Source: a virus (Duplodnaviria; Caudoviricetes). Taken from it: a stretch of DNA of 25,035 nucleotides. Within the stretch, counting starts at the first letter, position 1, and every line of letters begins with the position of its first letter. The stretch spans positions 1 through 25,035 of IMG/VR virus record IMGVR_UViG_3300025655_000269; one strand, written 5' to 3'. A program made the translations under genes and the position numbers. The notes beneath the pieces are model-generated. The model worked only from the letters and a program-made list of their open reading frames with translations, had not been told where the DNA came from and searched no databases. Positions 1 to 8,673 of this stretch are shown in pieces.

Positions 1-18
1 CTGTTGATGCTGCTTAAT
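1..18 (+). CDS. 3' end of upstream gene (..VDAA*), probably major tail protein; truncated by window edge
   Basis: GTT GAT GCT GCT TAA TAG followed by a terminator hairpin. Identity is inferred only from its position upstream of the chaperones and tape measure gene. Confidence 0.35.
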
Positions 19-30
19 AGTTAATTAACA

Positions 31-62
31 AAAGGGTAGTACAATGATGCTACCCTTTATTT
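31..62 (+). terminator. Rho-independent terminator-like hairpin
   Basis: AAAGGGTAGTA-caatga-TGCTACCCTTT is an 11-bp stem with one G-U pair, followed by ATTT. It lies just after a double stop. Confidence 0.75.
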
Positions 63-74
63 AGGAATATTTGA

Positions 75-302
75 ATGAAAGATAAACCTTTTAGTACAAG
101 CTTTGTTCTAAAAACAACAACAAAGCATATGCGAAAAGCTATAGATATTAGTATTAGGAAAACCTTTGATAGGTTGAAAGACTTTGAAGGTGATCAAGAA
201 AAGGGTGCAGAAGTTTTTGAAACACTAGCTAAACTGCATGGATTAAGAAAAATGGTTGATGATTTTCAACTGGTAAATAAAAAAGAATTTAGAGGTGAAT
301 AA
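75..302 (+). CDS. hypothetical phage protein (75 aa, predicted helical)
   Basis: AGGA upstream of ATG. Its stop overlaps the next ATG (TAATG). Confidence 0.8.
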   Translation: MKDKPFSTSFVLKTTTKHMRKAIDISIRKTFDRLKDFEGDQEKGAEVFETLAKLHGLRKMVDDFQLVNKKEFRGE

Positions 303-619
303 TGTCTGTTATCAAAGTAGAAGGTAAAGGTATCAAAGGTCTTGTTGGTCGTAAGTTAAGCAAGACAGTTAAATTCATGGGTGAAGACGTCAAAATTTTC
401 AAGCTGAGCATCTCAGAAGTAAATGAAATTAGACAGCTTGCAATTCAAGCTGAAACCGATGAAGATAAGCATTATGATATCCTTCGAAAAGTTATTCGTC
501 TTGGAGTAGAAGACGCTGAAAGTCTTTCTGATGAAGATTTTGATGATTTCTCTATTGATGAGTTGTCAAAACTTTCTAACAATATTATGCAATTCTCTGG
601 TTTAGTCGAGGGAAAGTAG
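302..619 (+). CDS. tail assembly chaperone (lambda gpG-like)
   Basis: 105 aa with acidic C-terminal half (LSDEDFDDFSIDELSKLS), GAGG RBS, upstream of the tape measure gene, ends in the slippery G GGA AAG TAG. Confidence 0.85.
   Translation: MSVIKVEGKGIKGLVGRKLSKTVKFMGEDVKIFKLSISEVNEIRQLAIQAETDEDKHYDILRKVIRLGVEDAESLSDEDFDDFSIDELSKLSNNIMQFSGLVEGK
610..616 (+). other. programmed -1 ribosomal frameshift site GGGAAAG
   Basis: Same heptamer as lambda G/T, in the correct phase (GAG GGA AAG TAG). The -1 frame is open from 610 to the stop at 948. Confidence 0.9.
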
Positions 620-948
620 AAATAGGCGAAGAAGAGTTAGCTTTATTTGAGCTAGCTCTTTTATTAAGAACGCCTGTTTATCAACTTGAAAATGAAATGC
701 CAAATGATGAGTTTCAAAAGTGGATGTTGTTTCTTGATAAACGTCCTATTGGTTGGAGAGAAGATTACAGAACTGCTTTAATAATGCAATCGTTTGGTGT
801 TAAAGAAAAACCAGAAAAAATATTTTCTTCTTTAGCAAGGATTGCAGAAGATTCTAGAAACAAAGAAGGTAATACTGCTAATCTTAAGAATTCAGCTTTC
901 TTCATGAAATTGATGAATGCTAAAGGTGGAGATAAATTGAAATGGTAA
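610..948 (+). CDS. gpT-like C-terminal part of the frameshifted chaperone (gpGT fusion 302..948)
   Basis: The -1 frame reads GKVEIGEEELALFELALLLRTPVYQLENEMPNDEFQKW.. and includes listed ORF 697..948. The 'ELA..L..PV..L...M...EF..W' pattern is typical of gpT-like chaperones. Confidence 0.85.
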   Translation, partial: GKVEIGEEELALFELALLLRTPVYQLENEMPNDEFQKWMLFLDKRPIGWREDYRTALIMQSFGVKEKPEKIFSSLARIAEDSRNKEGNTANLKNSAFFMKLMNAKGGDKLKW

Positions 949-1217
949 AAATCGAATTAAAAGACGTTTTAAAAAATGTTGATTTAGAAAAACTCAAACA
1001 TAAGCTTGTTGAACAGTTAAGAGCTGTTACACCTGTTGATACTGGGAATGCAAGAGACAACTGGACAGTTACTAAATCAGGTGTTGAAAACAACACAGAG
1101 TATCTTGAGTATTTAAACAAAGGTTCTTCGCAACAAGCACCTGAGTATTTTATTGAAAAAACGCTGTTATCTAACAGATTTTTAAAACCAAACGGAATTA
1201 TTGTAAGTTATAAGTAG
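942..1217 (+). CDS. HK97 gp10-like neck/tail-completion protein
   Basis: TPVDTGNARDNW and NNTEYLEYLNKGSSQQAP motifs. GGAG RBS upstream. Confidence 0.75.
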   Translation: MVKIELKDVLKNVDLEKLKHKLVEQLRAVTPVDTGNARDNWTVTKSGVENNTEYLEYLNKGSSQQAPEYFIEKTLLSNRFLKPNGIIVSYK

Positions 1218-1224
1218 GTGTATT

Positions 1225-4200
1225 ATGTCCGGTGTAGTTGTTCCTGTTTCCTTGGCTACAGAAGATGCTAGTCAAAAATTAGCAGCTTTAAATAGAAAAA
1301 TTGCTGATTTAGCTAAAAATGCTAAAATACCAAGATTTAAGATGTCTTCAAATGACGGATTAACTACATTAGATAGCAATACAAAAGCTGTAACTAAAAA
1401 TTTAAACAAGTTAGGTAATGAAGGTCAAAAGACTTTTAACAAGATCGACAGAGCTTCAAATAAGTCTACTTATAATTTTAATAGACTTAATATTGCCTTA
1501 AAAGGTGCAGCAGTTGCTTTTGCTTCTTTCCAAACAGTCAAATTTTTTGCTAATACTGCAGATGATTTTGTACTTTTAGATAATAAACTAAAAAACATTA
1601 CTAACAGTCAAGCTGACTTTAATAATGCTATTAAAGAGACGAGAAGAATTTCAATAAGTACGCGTTCAGATTTAAACGCTATTACTACATTATTTTCTAA
1701 AATATCTCTTTCTGGAAAAGAATTTAATTTAAGCCAACAAGATGCCGCAAGAGTTACAAAAACAGTTGCACAGTCTTTAAAGCTATCAGGGGCTAATGCA
1801 CAAGAAGCTAATTCAGCTATTATACAACTTGGTCAAGCTTTAGCATCAGGCAGGTTGCAAGGTGATGAATTTAGATCTCTTTCAGAAAATGCTCCAATCT
1901 TTACAAGGGAAATAGCTAAAGCCCTTTCAACAACAATTGCTGGCTTGCGTGAAATGAGTACAGCCGGTGAATTGTCTACTGATAAAATTCTAAGAGCCTC
2001 TCTTAAAGCTGAGGCGGCTGTCCAAAGGGCTTTTAACAAAACAACAATAACATTAGCAGAATCTGTAGGGAATCTATCTCAAGCTGTAAAAATAGCGTTT
2101 GATTCTATGGCAAGGTACTTTTTCAGTGCTTTTCCAAACATTGCAAAATATATTGATAAAGTTGCTAATCGTGTTTTAATGTTTGCAGAAGATTTTGAAT
2201 ATCATATAATAATCTTAAAAAGCACAATTTTAAGAAATGTTATAGAACCTTTGTCTTCTGTTGAACGAGTATTCAATTTAATAGCAAATGCTTTAAACCC
2301 TCTTGTACAACAGTTAAAAGATATTGCCTTGTTTACTGTTGCTATCTTTTCAGCAATAGGTCAACAGTTAAAACTGGTTTTTCAAAACACCTTTACAGTA
2401 TTTGAGGCATTGTTATTAAAAGCTATTGCTAAAGTAAAAACTTTTGTTAGTAAGATTGATTTAAAGGCAACATTTGTTACGGTTGTAAAAGATCTTGAAA
2501 AGTTTTTAACAAATGCTTTTAGTAATATTAAAATATATTTAAAAGAAATTGACGTTTTTAAGGTTTTTCCTAATCTAGAAAAGGCCTTTGATTATGTTAG
2601 CAACTGGGCTGAAAAAGTTTCAAAAACCTTTTGGTGGTTATATGATGATGTGATTGGTCATTCATCTGTACCGGATCTGATTAATATGACAGTTGCGTGG
2701 TTTAAGAGGCTTGGTGATAAGCCTTTAAAAGCTGTTAAAAGCTTTACAAATGATGTTGCAAACGGTTTTGCATCAACTAGTTCAAAAGTAAAAGCAATGC
2801 TTTTCACAACAGGTGCTTTGCTTACAGCTTTTTCCAGAATTAGAACAGAAGCTTTTAATCTTTCAAAAATATTATTAAAAGTTGGTTTGGTTTTAACGGG
2901 AGTTTTTGCTACATTTTCAGCGTTATTTGTGTTACCTGATAAAGATTTCCAAAAGAAATTAAAAGAAATGGGTTTAACGTTTGGAGACATTTTTAAAGCT
3001 GACAGCGTTCTTGACAGTCTTGGTAAAATAAAAGACGTTGTTTTTGAAATAATCAAGACAATGCAATACAGGGTTAATGACCTTGGTATAGTGCGGTTTT
3101 TTAAACAAGCAGCAGGAATTAAAGATATATACCCAGGCACTCTTTACGGTACACCTGTTGATACTAGTGAATCTTCAAGAGTAGGCAGGGGTAGGAAACG
3201 TAGACTGAAAGACAAACCTGTTATTGGTCATGATTTTTTAAACGCTTTTCCTTCTAAAGAAGAAACAGGGACTTTTGATTACCGTGTAGGAGCTGCAACT
3301 ACAATTGTAGGAGCAATCTCTTATGGTATTTCTAAATTACTTGATGGCGGTCCTTTACGTTCTTTTATTTTAAGTTTAGTGTCTACAGTAGGTGTCGTGT
3401 TGACTACTGGTGCTGTTGGCTCAAAAGCAGTAAATACTTTCTTCCAAGATGTTGCATACAATTTTGTAGAAATAATTGCAAAAGGTATTCGACTTATATT
3501 ACCACATAATGCTTTTGCAAACCCAGCTGCTGCCTTGTCTGTTGTATTAAAATCTATGCTTTTGTTTGAAACATTCAGAACAAAATTCATGGATATGATT
3601 AAGTTTACCGTAACGGCTCCCACAAAAGCCGCTATAAATCTTGAGAAGTTTTTTGAAAGAAGAACTATGGTTCGTAATTTAGAAAAAATTCAAAAAGGTT
3701 TTACAGATGCTTCTAATCAAATAGCCAGGCAGGTTCCTGCAGCTAATGCTGCATTTGCTAGAAAAGAGTGGTTGTTTAATGTTGCAAGCGGTGGCAGGTT
3801 CTCTTTAGGAGATGTTGATAGACGGTTACGTACCAAAGATTTTACAGGTTTGTCACCTGTTGAGTTAGCTGCTTTTAAGAAATTGTATGAAGCTGCACAA
3901 ATACAAAGAGAAGCTATAATACGACAACAGAAGTTTAATTCTTCTGACTTTCAAAACAATTATCGAAAAAGTGTAGCTGAGCTTAAAAGCGGTATTAAAG
4001 AGATTTCAAAAACTTTTAAAGAAAATGTTGCTGAAACAAAACAAGGTATTATATCTACTTTTGCAAATTTAGGTGGAATCATAGGGGCCACAGGTGGTTT
4101 TCAACTAGGGAGCGCAATTGCATTAGACTTAGGGGATAAAGCCACTAGCCTTGAGAAGTTAGGAATTATCTTTTTTACTACTACTGTTTCTCAGGCAATA

Positions 4201-7200
4201 GCAGCGGCTGTAACAACAGCTCTTGGTGCTGGTTTAGTTGCTGTTTTTTCTAGTATTGTATTTCCAGCTCTTGCGGCTATATTTGGTGCGCCATTGGTTG
4301 GTCCTTTACTTTTAATTGTAGGTACAATTGCTTCTTTAGGTGTTATTTTCAGAAGTTTGCCAGAAGAAATGGCAAACGATTTGAATAAGTGGCTTGATAA
4401 GAGACTAAAACGCCCTGTTTCTGAAAAGTATGAAAAAGCACGTAGTTCTTATTTGTCTTTAACAAAAGACATCCCAGGTGCTGAATCTGCATTAGAAGGG
4501 GTTGAATTTCTAGGAAAAAAAGTTAAATTATTAGTTCTTTCTATTTTTGAAGGTTTTGGTGGCGAATCTACTGAAAAATTAAAAAATGAAGTTAATCAGG
4601 TATGGAGTACTGGTTTTGCAGGTGTTCTTAGAAGAGTTGCAGAAGCCGCTTTAAACGGCTTTGAAGGTCCAGCACAAGATAGATTAGAAGGAATGTTTGC
4701 ATATTGGCTCGATCAAATTGTAGCATTTTTACAGCCAGCCGTAGATCTCTTTAATTACTTAAAAGAAAGAGCAATATACTATTATGAAAGAATTGTTTTA
4801 GATGTTTCTGTCTTCTTTGAATCAGTCGGAGATCTTTTTAAAGACACAAAAGAGTGGGTAACAACTGTATTTTCAGTTGACTATTTAAAAGAAAAAATAA
4901 ATAATCTTTTTGACGCAATTGGTGATAAGTTTGTTGATCTGTTTAATGAAGTCACTGGTGTTTCTGTTTCAAAAAATTCATCAACTGTTCCACCTCCTCT
5001 TAAAAAGGCAACAGGCGGATACATAATCGGCCCTGGTACTGGAACATCTGATTCAATACCTGCGATGCTTTCTAATGGTGAATATGTTGTTAATGCTGAA
5101 CAAACTAAAAAATTTTTACCATTACTTGAACAAATTAATAGCGGAACATATTCTAGATTTGAAAAAGGTGGTTCTGTTGGACCACGTGTTTCAAATGCTG
5201 TATCTGAAAATTTAGATGTTATTACTGGTAAAAATATTTTGATTAAAACAGCAAATCAAATTACTGTTAGTGATGCTGTAAATGCTGCTATAAATAATCC
5301 TATTTTAAAAGCTAACGAATCTTTTACACAACCTGAATCAAATCGTTTTGATGATTTTCTTTCTAAATTTGAAAAGATAAAAGACAATATGATGAGTGGT
5401 TTTTCAAAAACCTTTGGTAATATGACATCTGGTAATCAGGGTATATTATCCTTTCAAGAAAGTCTTAAAAAGCTAGGATATACAGTTTCTGTTGAAACAG
5501 CAGACAAGTTATCTTATTTAAACTATAAAATAGTAACGCTTGGTGGCGAACTTACAAGTTTAGAAGAGAAATTGGCTAAAGAAAAACAACCGAAAGCTAG
5601 AGAACTTTTAGAAAACCAAATAAACCAAATAAAGAGTTATCGTAAAAAGATAATTGAAGAAGGGATTGCTTCTACAAAAAGTAGTTCAATAAAATCTTCA
5701 TCCGGTATCGGTTCCGGTGATGTTGAAGATAGCTTTAAGAATCTTGGAATAGATTTAAACGCATATGCAGAAGGTCTTACTCAGCTCTCAAAACCGTTTT
5801 TTAGCAATATTAAAGGTTTTTCTAAAAGCTATAAAGATGCTGAGACTGCTTTAAAAAATGCAAAAACAAGCAAAGACTTGCTTAAAGCTATAAAACAACA
5901 AATAAAAGCTAGAAAAGATGCTAATGAGCTTTTAGAGAAAGAAGTCTTTTTATACGGATCTGCTAAAGACAAATTGTCTATTTTAAACACGAGTCTTGGT
6001 GTTGACTTTAACTCTTATTTTAAAAATCTTGACAACGTTGCTCCAAATCTCTTAGAAAAGTTAAAAGCTTTAAGAGATGTTTTAAAAATTGCAAAAGATA
6101 AGTCCTTAGAAGCTGGTTCAAGCTTAGAAGACATTTTTAAAGCTACTGTTGCTGAAAGAGATGCAAAAGAGGCTACAGAACGTCTTTTAGAGTCTCAAGT
6201 TTTGTTATATGGTAATACCAAAAGTAAAATAGAAACAATTAATAAAATTTTAGAAAATAGCAACTTAGATGAGACTAATGAAAGACTTTCTCAAGCTTTT
6301 GATTCTTTGAAAAAGATGATAACAAATGCAAAAGCTGATTTAAGATCTTTAGGTAAATTAGCTGAATTGACTCCTACAGAATCTGCAAGACTTGGTCGTG
6401 AAAGAGTAAATGAGCTTAATAAGAATATTCTTGCTAAGAAGATTTTAGAAAGTAAATTAGGTACTGGAACTAAAGAAGAAGATGATAGATATCTAAATAC
6501 TCTTCAAGCAGTTGATAAAAATATTGAAACATTAAGAAAAGAGAGCAGTGCTAATAACACAATATCTTTAATAGCTAGAGGTTTGGTATCCGGTTTTAAA
6601 GAATCTTTTGTGTCTGGTATTAAGTCTTTTATTCGTGGTGAAGGTGATATCAAGTCTTTAGCTCATAGTCTTAGTGAGAAAATTTTTGATATGGCATTAG
6701 AAGGGTTTACTGACAGCCTCTTTGATAGCCTAAACTTTGAAGGTCTTTTTGAAGATGCTATGAGCGGTTTAAAAGAGTTTTTTGGTAAAACTACTGAAAT
6801 AGATTTATCTGATACTATCTTTCAAACATCAGTAAGCTCTTTTGCTACTTCTGTTGGAATCTTCGCTGCAGCTGTTACAGCAAATGCTGCAGATACTGCA
6901 GGAGGTTTGCTTGAAAGTTTACCTGATAGCTTTAGTAAATCTTTTAGTGATCTTGATAAAAGTGATTTCTTTGGGACAACACTTGATAATGCAATTATAA
7001 ACCCTTCTTCTGAAGACTCTTTTTGGGGTAACTCTTTAACAGGTGTATTAGATACTACTTTTAAAGACAAAAGTTCAGACCTTCCTTTTGGAAATGCTGG
7101 TAAAGATCTTTTAAGTTTTGAAAGTATATTGCAAACAGGCAATACTCCTTCACAAGCAGAAGAAAGCTTCTTTTCAAACCTTACAACAGGTTTTGGAGAC

Positions 7201-8673
7201 TTCTTTGGTGAAGCATCAACAACAATTGCAGATCTTTTCGGAGAAAGCGGTTTTATAGGAAAAACTGTTAGTGATTTGTTTGGTTCTTTGTCTAGTGGTC
7301 TATCCAGCTTGTTTAATTTTGGTGGTTCTGGTAGTGGTGGTATTTTTAGTGGCCTGTCCAGCTTGTTTAGCTCTGGTAGTTCTAGTGGCGGTGGTATGTT
7401 TAGCGGCCTATCCAGCTTGTTTGGTTCTTTGTTTGGTGGTTCTGGCAGTAGTGGTGGTCTTTTTAGTGGTATAGGCGGGTTGTTTAGTTCTTTGTTTGGG
7501 GGTTCTGGTGGTGGAAGTGGCTTTTTAAGCTTATTTTCCAGTATATTGCCGATGTTAGGCTTTGCTGATGGTGGTTTTATAAGCGGAGCCGGAACAGCAA
7601 GATCAGACAGTATCCCTGCAATGTTATCAAACGGTGAGTTTGTAATGAATGCAGCAAGTACTAAAAGGTATTTACCATTGTTAAGCAGATTAAACGCTAA
7701 AGGGTTTGCAAACGGAGGTGTTGCAGGCTCTTCTACTGGTCCACGTGGTTACTTCTTAGGCGGTCTTATTTCAATGTTACCAGCTTTATTCGGTGGTGCA
7801 GGAGGCATGCTAGGTGGTGCAGGAGGCATGCTTGGTGGAATGGGTGGTATGCTTGGTGGAATGGGTGGTATGCTTGGCGGAATGGGCGGTATATTTGGTA
7901 GTTTATTACCAATGATTATGGGCTTGTTCCAAAAGAAAGCTGATGGTGGTTTAGTCAAAAAACCTAAGAAAATGTTTATTGGTGGCTTAATCTCTGCATT
8001 ACCCGCAATAGCTTCTGGTGTTGGCGGTGCTGGTGCGGCTGCTGCTGGTGCTGGAGGACTGTTTGGAAGTTTAGCCGGTTTGTTTGGCGGTGGTATGGGC
8101 GGCTTATTTAGTGGACTAAATATGACATCTCTGCTTGGTGGAGGTGGAATGGGTGGTTTTATGAACATGTTTGGTAGCCTTATGGGTAGTGGTAGTGGTA
8201 TGATGGGAGGCTTAGCTGGTATTTTTAAGATGCTGGGTCCTATTATGGCCATAATAAACATGTTCAAGAAAAAACCAGAGCCTAATGGATACGCTACTGG
8301 TGGTTTTGTTAGTGGTGCTGGTACAGCTACTTCTGATTCAATACCTGCTATGTTGTCAAATGGAGAGTTTGTTGTTAGAGCTGGTGTTACAAAAGCTTAC
8401 AGACCTTTATTAGAAAAGATGAACAACGGTGGTTTAGTTGGTTTTGCAGAAGGTGGGCTTGTCACAGAAGCATTAACATCTACTCCTGATTTCAGTCGTT
8501 CTTCTGATCTTATCACTACAAGAGAAACAAACAACAATAGTAAACAACAAATAATAAACCTGAATGTTACAGGAGATATTTCTAGACAAACTAAAGCTGA
8601 AATAATGAGAATGATACCGCAAATCACAACAGGTGTTAACGCTAACAATAAAGAAAGAGGCAAGAAAGAATAA
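1225..8673 (+). CDS. tail tape measure protein (2482 aa)
   Basis: N-terminal tape-measure domain (AIIQLGQALASGRLQGDEFRSLSENAP), hydrophobic central segments, three GG..G.GT..SDSIPAMLSNGE(F/Y)V motifs and a C-terminal 'INLNVTGD' segment. It follows the chaperones. Confidence 0.95.
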   Translation: MSGVVVPVSLATEDASQKLAALNRKIADLAKNAKIPRFKMSSNDGLTTLDSNTKAVTKNLNKLGNEGQKTFNKIDRASNKSTYNFNRLNIALKGAAVAFASFQTVKFFANTADDFVLLDNKLKNITNSQADFNNAIKETRRISISTRSDLNAITTLFSKISLSGKEFNLSQQDAARVTKTVAQSLKLSGANAQEANSAIIQLGQALASGRLQGDEFRSLSENAPIFTREIAKALSTTIAGLREMSTAGELSTDKILRASLKAEAAVQRAFNKTTITLAESVGNLSQAVKIAFDSMARYFFSAFPNIAKYIDKVANRVLMFAEDFEYHIIILKSTILRNVIEPLSSVERVFNLIANALNPLVQQLKDIALFTVAIFSAIGQQLKLVFQNTFTVFEALLLKAIAKVKTFVSKIDLKATFVTVVKDLEKFLTNAFSNIKIYLKEIDVFKVFPNLEKAFDYVSNWAEKVSKTFWWLYDDVIGHSSVPDLINMTVAWFKRLGDKPLKAVKSFTNDVANGFASTSSKVKAMLFTTGALLTAFSRIRTEAFNLSKILLKVGLVLTGVFATFSALFVLPDKDFQKKLKEMGLTFGDIFKADSVLDSLGKIKDVVFEIIKTMQYRVNDLGIVRFFKQAAGIKDIYPGTLYGTPVDTSESSRVGRGRKRRLKDKPVIGHDFLNAFPSKEETGTFDYRVGAATTIVGAISYGISKLLDGGPLRSFILSLVSTVGVVLTTGAVGSKAVNTFFQDVAYNFVEIIAKGIRLILPHNAFANPAAALSVVLKSMLLFETFRTKFMDMIKFTVTAPTKAAINLEKFFERRTMVRNLEKIQKGFTDASNQIARQVPAANAAFARKEWLFNVASGGRFSLGDVDRRLRTKDFTGLSPVELAAFKKLYEAAQIQREAIIRQQKFNSSDFQNNYRKSVAELKSGIKEISKTFKENVAETKQGIISTFANLGGIIGATGGFQLGSAIALDLGDKATSLEKLGIIFFTTTVSQAIAAAVTTALGAGLVAVFSSIVFPALAAIFGAPLVGPLLLIVGTIASLGVIFRSLPEEMANDLNKWLDKRLKRPVSEKYEKARSSYLSLTKDIPGAESALEGVEFLGKKVKLLVLSIFEGFGGESTEKLKNEVNQVWSTGFAGVLRRVAEAALNGFEGPAQDRLEGMFAYWLDQIVAFLQPAVDLFNYLKERAIYYYERIVLDVSVFFESVGDLFKDTKEWVTTVFSVDYLKEKINNLFDAIGDKFVDLFNEVTGVSVSKNSSTVPPPLKKATGGYIIGPGTGTSDSIPAMLSNGEYVVNAEQTKKFLPLLEQINSGTYSRFEKGGSVGPRVSNAVSENLDVITGKNILIKTANQITVSDAVNAAINNPILKANESFTQPESNRFDDFLSKFEKIKDNMMSGFSKTFGNMTSGNQGILSFQESLKKLGYTVSVETADKLSYLNYKIVTLGGELTSLEEKLAKEKQPKARELLENQINQIKSYRKKIIEEGIASTKSSSIKSSSGIGSGDVEDSFKNLGIDLNAYAEGLTQLSKPFFSNIKGFSKSYKDAETALKNAKTSKDLLKAIKQQIKARKDANELLEKEVFLYGSAKDKLSILNTSLGVDFNSYFKNLDNVAPNLLEKLKALRDVLKIAKDKSLEAGSSLEDIFKATVAERDAKEATERLLESQVLLYGNTKSKIETINKILENSNLDETNERLSQAFDSLKKMITNAKADLRSLGKLAELTPTESARLGRERVNELNKNILAKKILESKLGTGTKEEDDRYLNTLQAVDKNIETLRKESSANNTISLIARGLVSGFKESFVSGIKSFIRGEGDIKSLAHSLSEKIFDMALEGFTDSLFDSLNFEGLFEDAMSGLKEFFGKTTEIDLSDTIFQTSVSSFATSVGIFAAAVTANAADTAGGLLESLPDSFSKSFSDLDKSDFFGTTLDNAIINPSSEDSFWGNSLTGVLDTTFKDKSSDLPFGNAGKDLLSFESILQTGNTPSQAEESFFSNLTTGFGDFFGEASTTIADLFGESGFIGKTVSDLFGSLSSGLSSLFNFGGSGSGGIFSGLSSLFSSGSSSGGGMFSGLSSLFGSLFGGSGSSGGLFSGIGGLFSSLFGGSGGGSGFLSLFSSILPMLGFADGGFISGAGTARSDSIPAMLSNGEFVMNAASTKRYLPLLSRLNAKGFANGGVAGSSTGPRGYFLGGLISMLPALFGGAGGMLGGAGGMLGGMGGMLGGMGGMLGGMGGIFGSLLPMIMGLFQKKADGGLVKKPKKMFIGGLISALPAIASGVGGAGAAAAGAGGLFGSLAGLFGGGMGGLFSGLNMTSLLGGGGMGGFMNMFGSLMGSGSGMMGGLAGIFKMLGPIMAIINMFKKKPEPNGYATGGFVSGAGTATSDSIPAMLSNGEFVVRAGVTKAYRPLLEKMNNGGLVGFAEGGLVTEALTSTPDFSRSSDLITTRETNNNSKQQIINLNVTGDISRQTKAEIMRMIPQITTGVNANNKERGKKE
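7294..7500 (+). repeat. imperfect coding repeats (FSGLSSLF..GGSG) in tape measure gene
   Basis: TCCAGCTTGTTT occurs three times, plus a degenerate fourth unit, each separated by Gly/Ser linkers. Confidence 0.75.
7792..7896 (+). repeat. 5 x 21-bp tandem repeat encoding GG(A/M)GGML
   Basis: GGTGGTGCAGGAGGCATGCT(A/T) x2, GGTGGAATGGGTGGTATGCTT x2, GGCGGAATGGGCGGTATATTT x1. Confidence 0.9.

Noticed and set aside
21-30. TTAATTAACA shared with 24890-24899 as a possible promoter or att motif
   Set aside because: Short AT-only match in an AT-rich genome, and the second copy lies inside a coding region.
697-948. Stand-alone 83-aa gene
   Set aside because: Better explained as the -1 frameshift extension of 302..619, and there is no clear RBS before 697.
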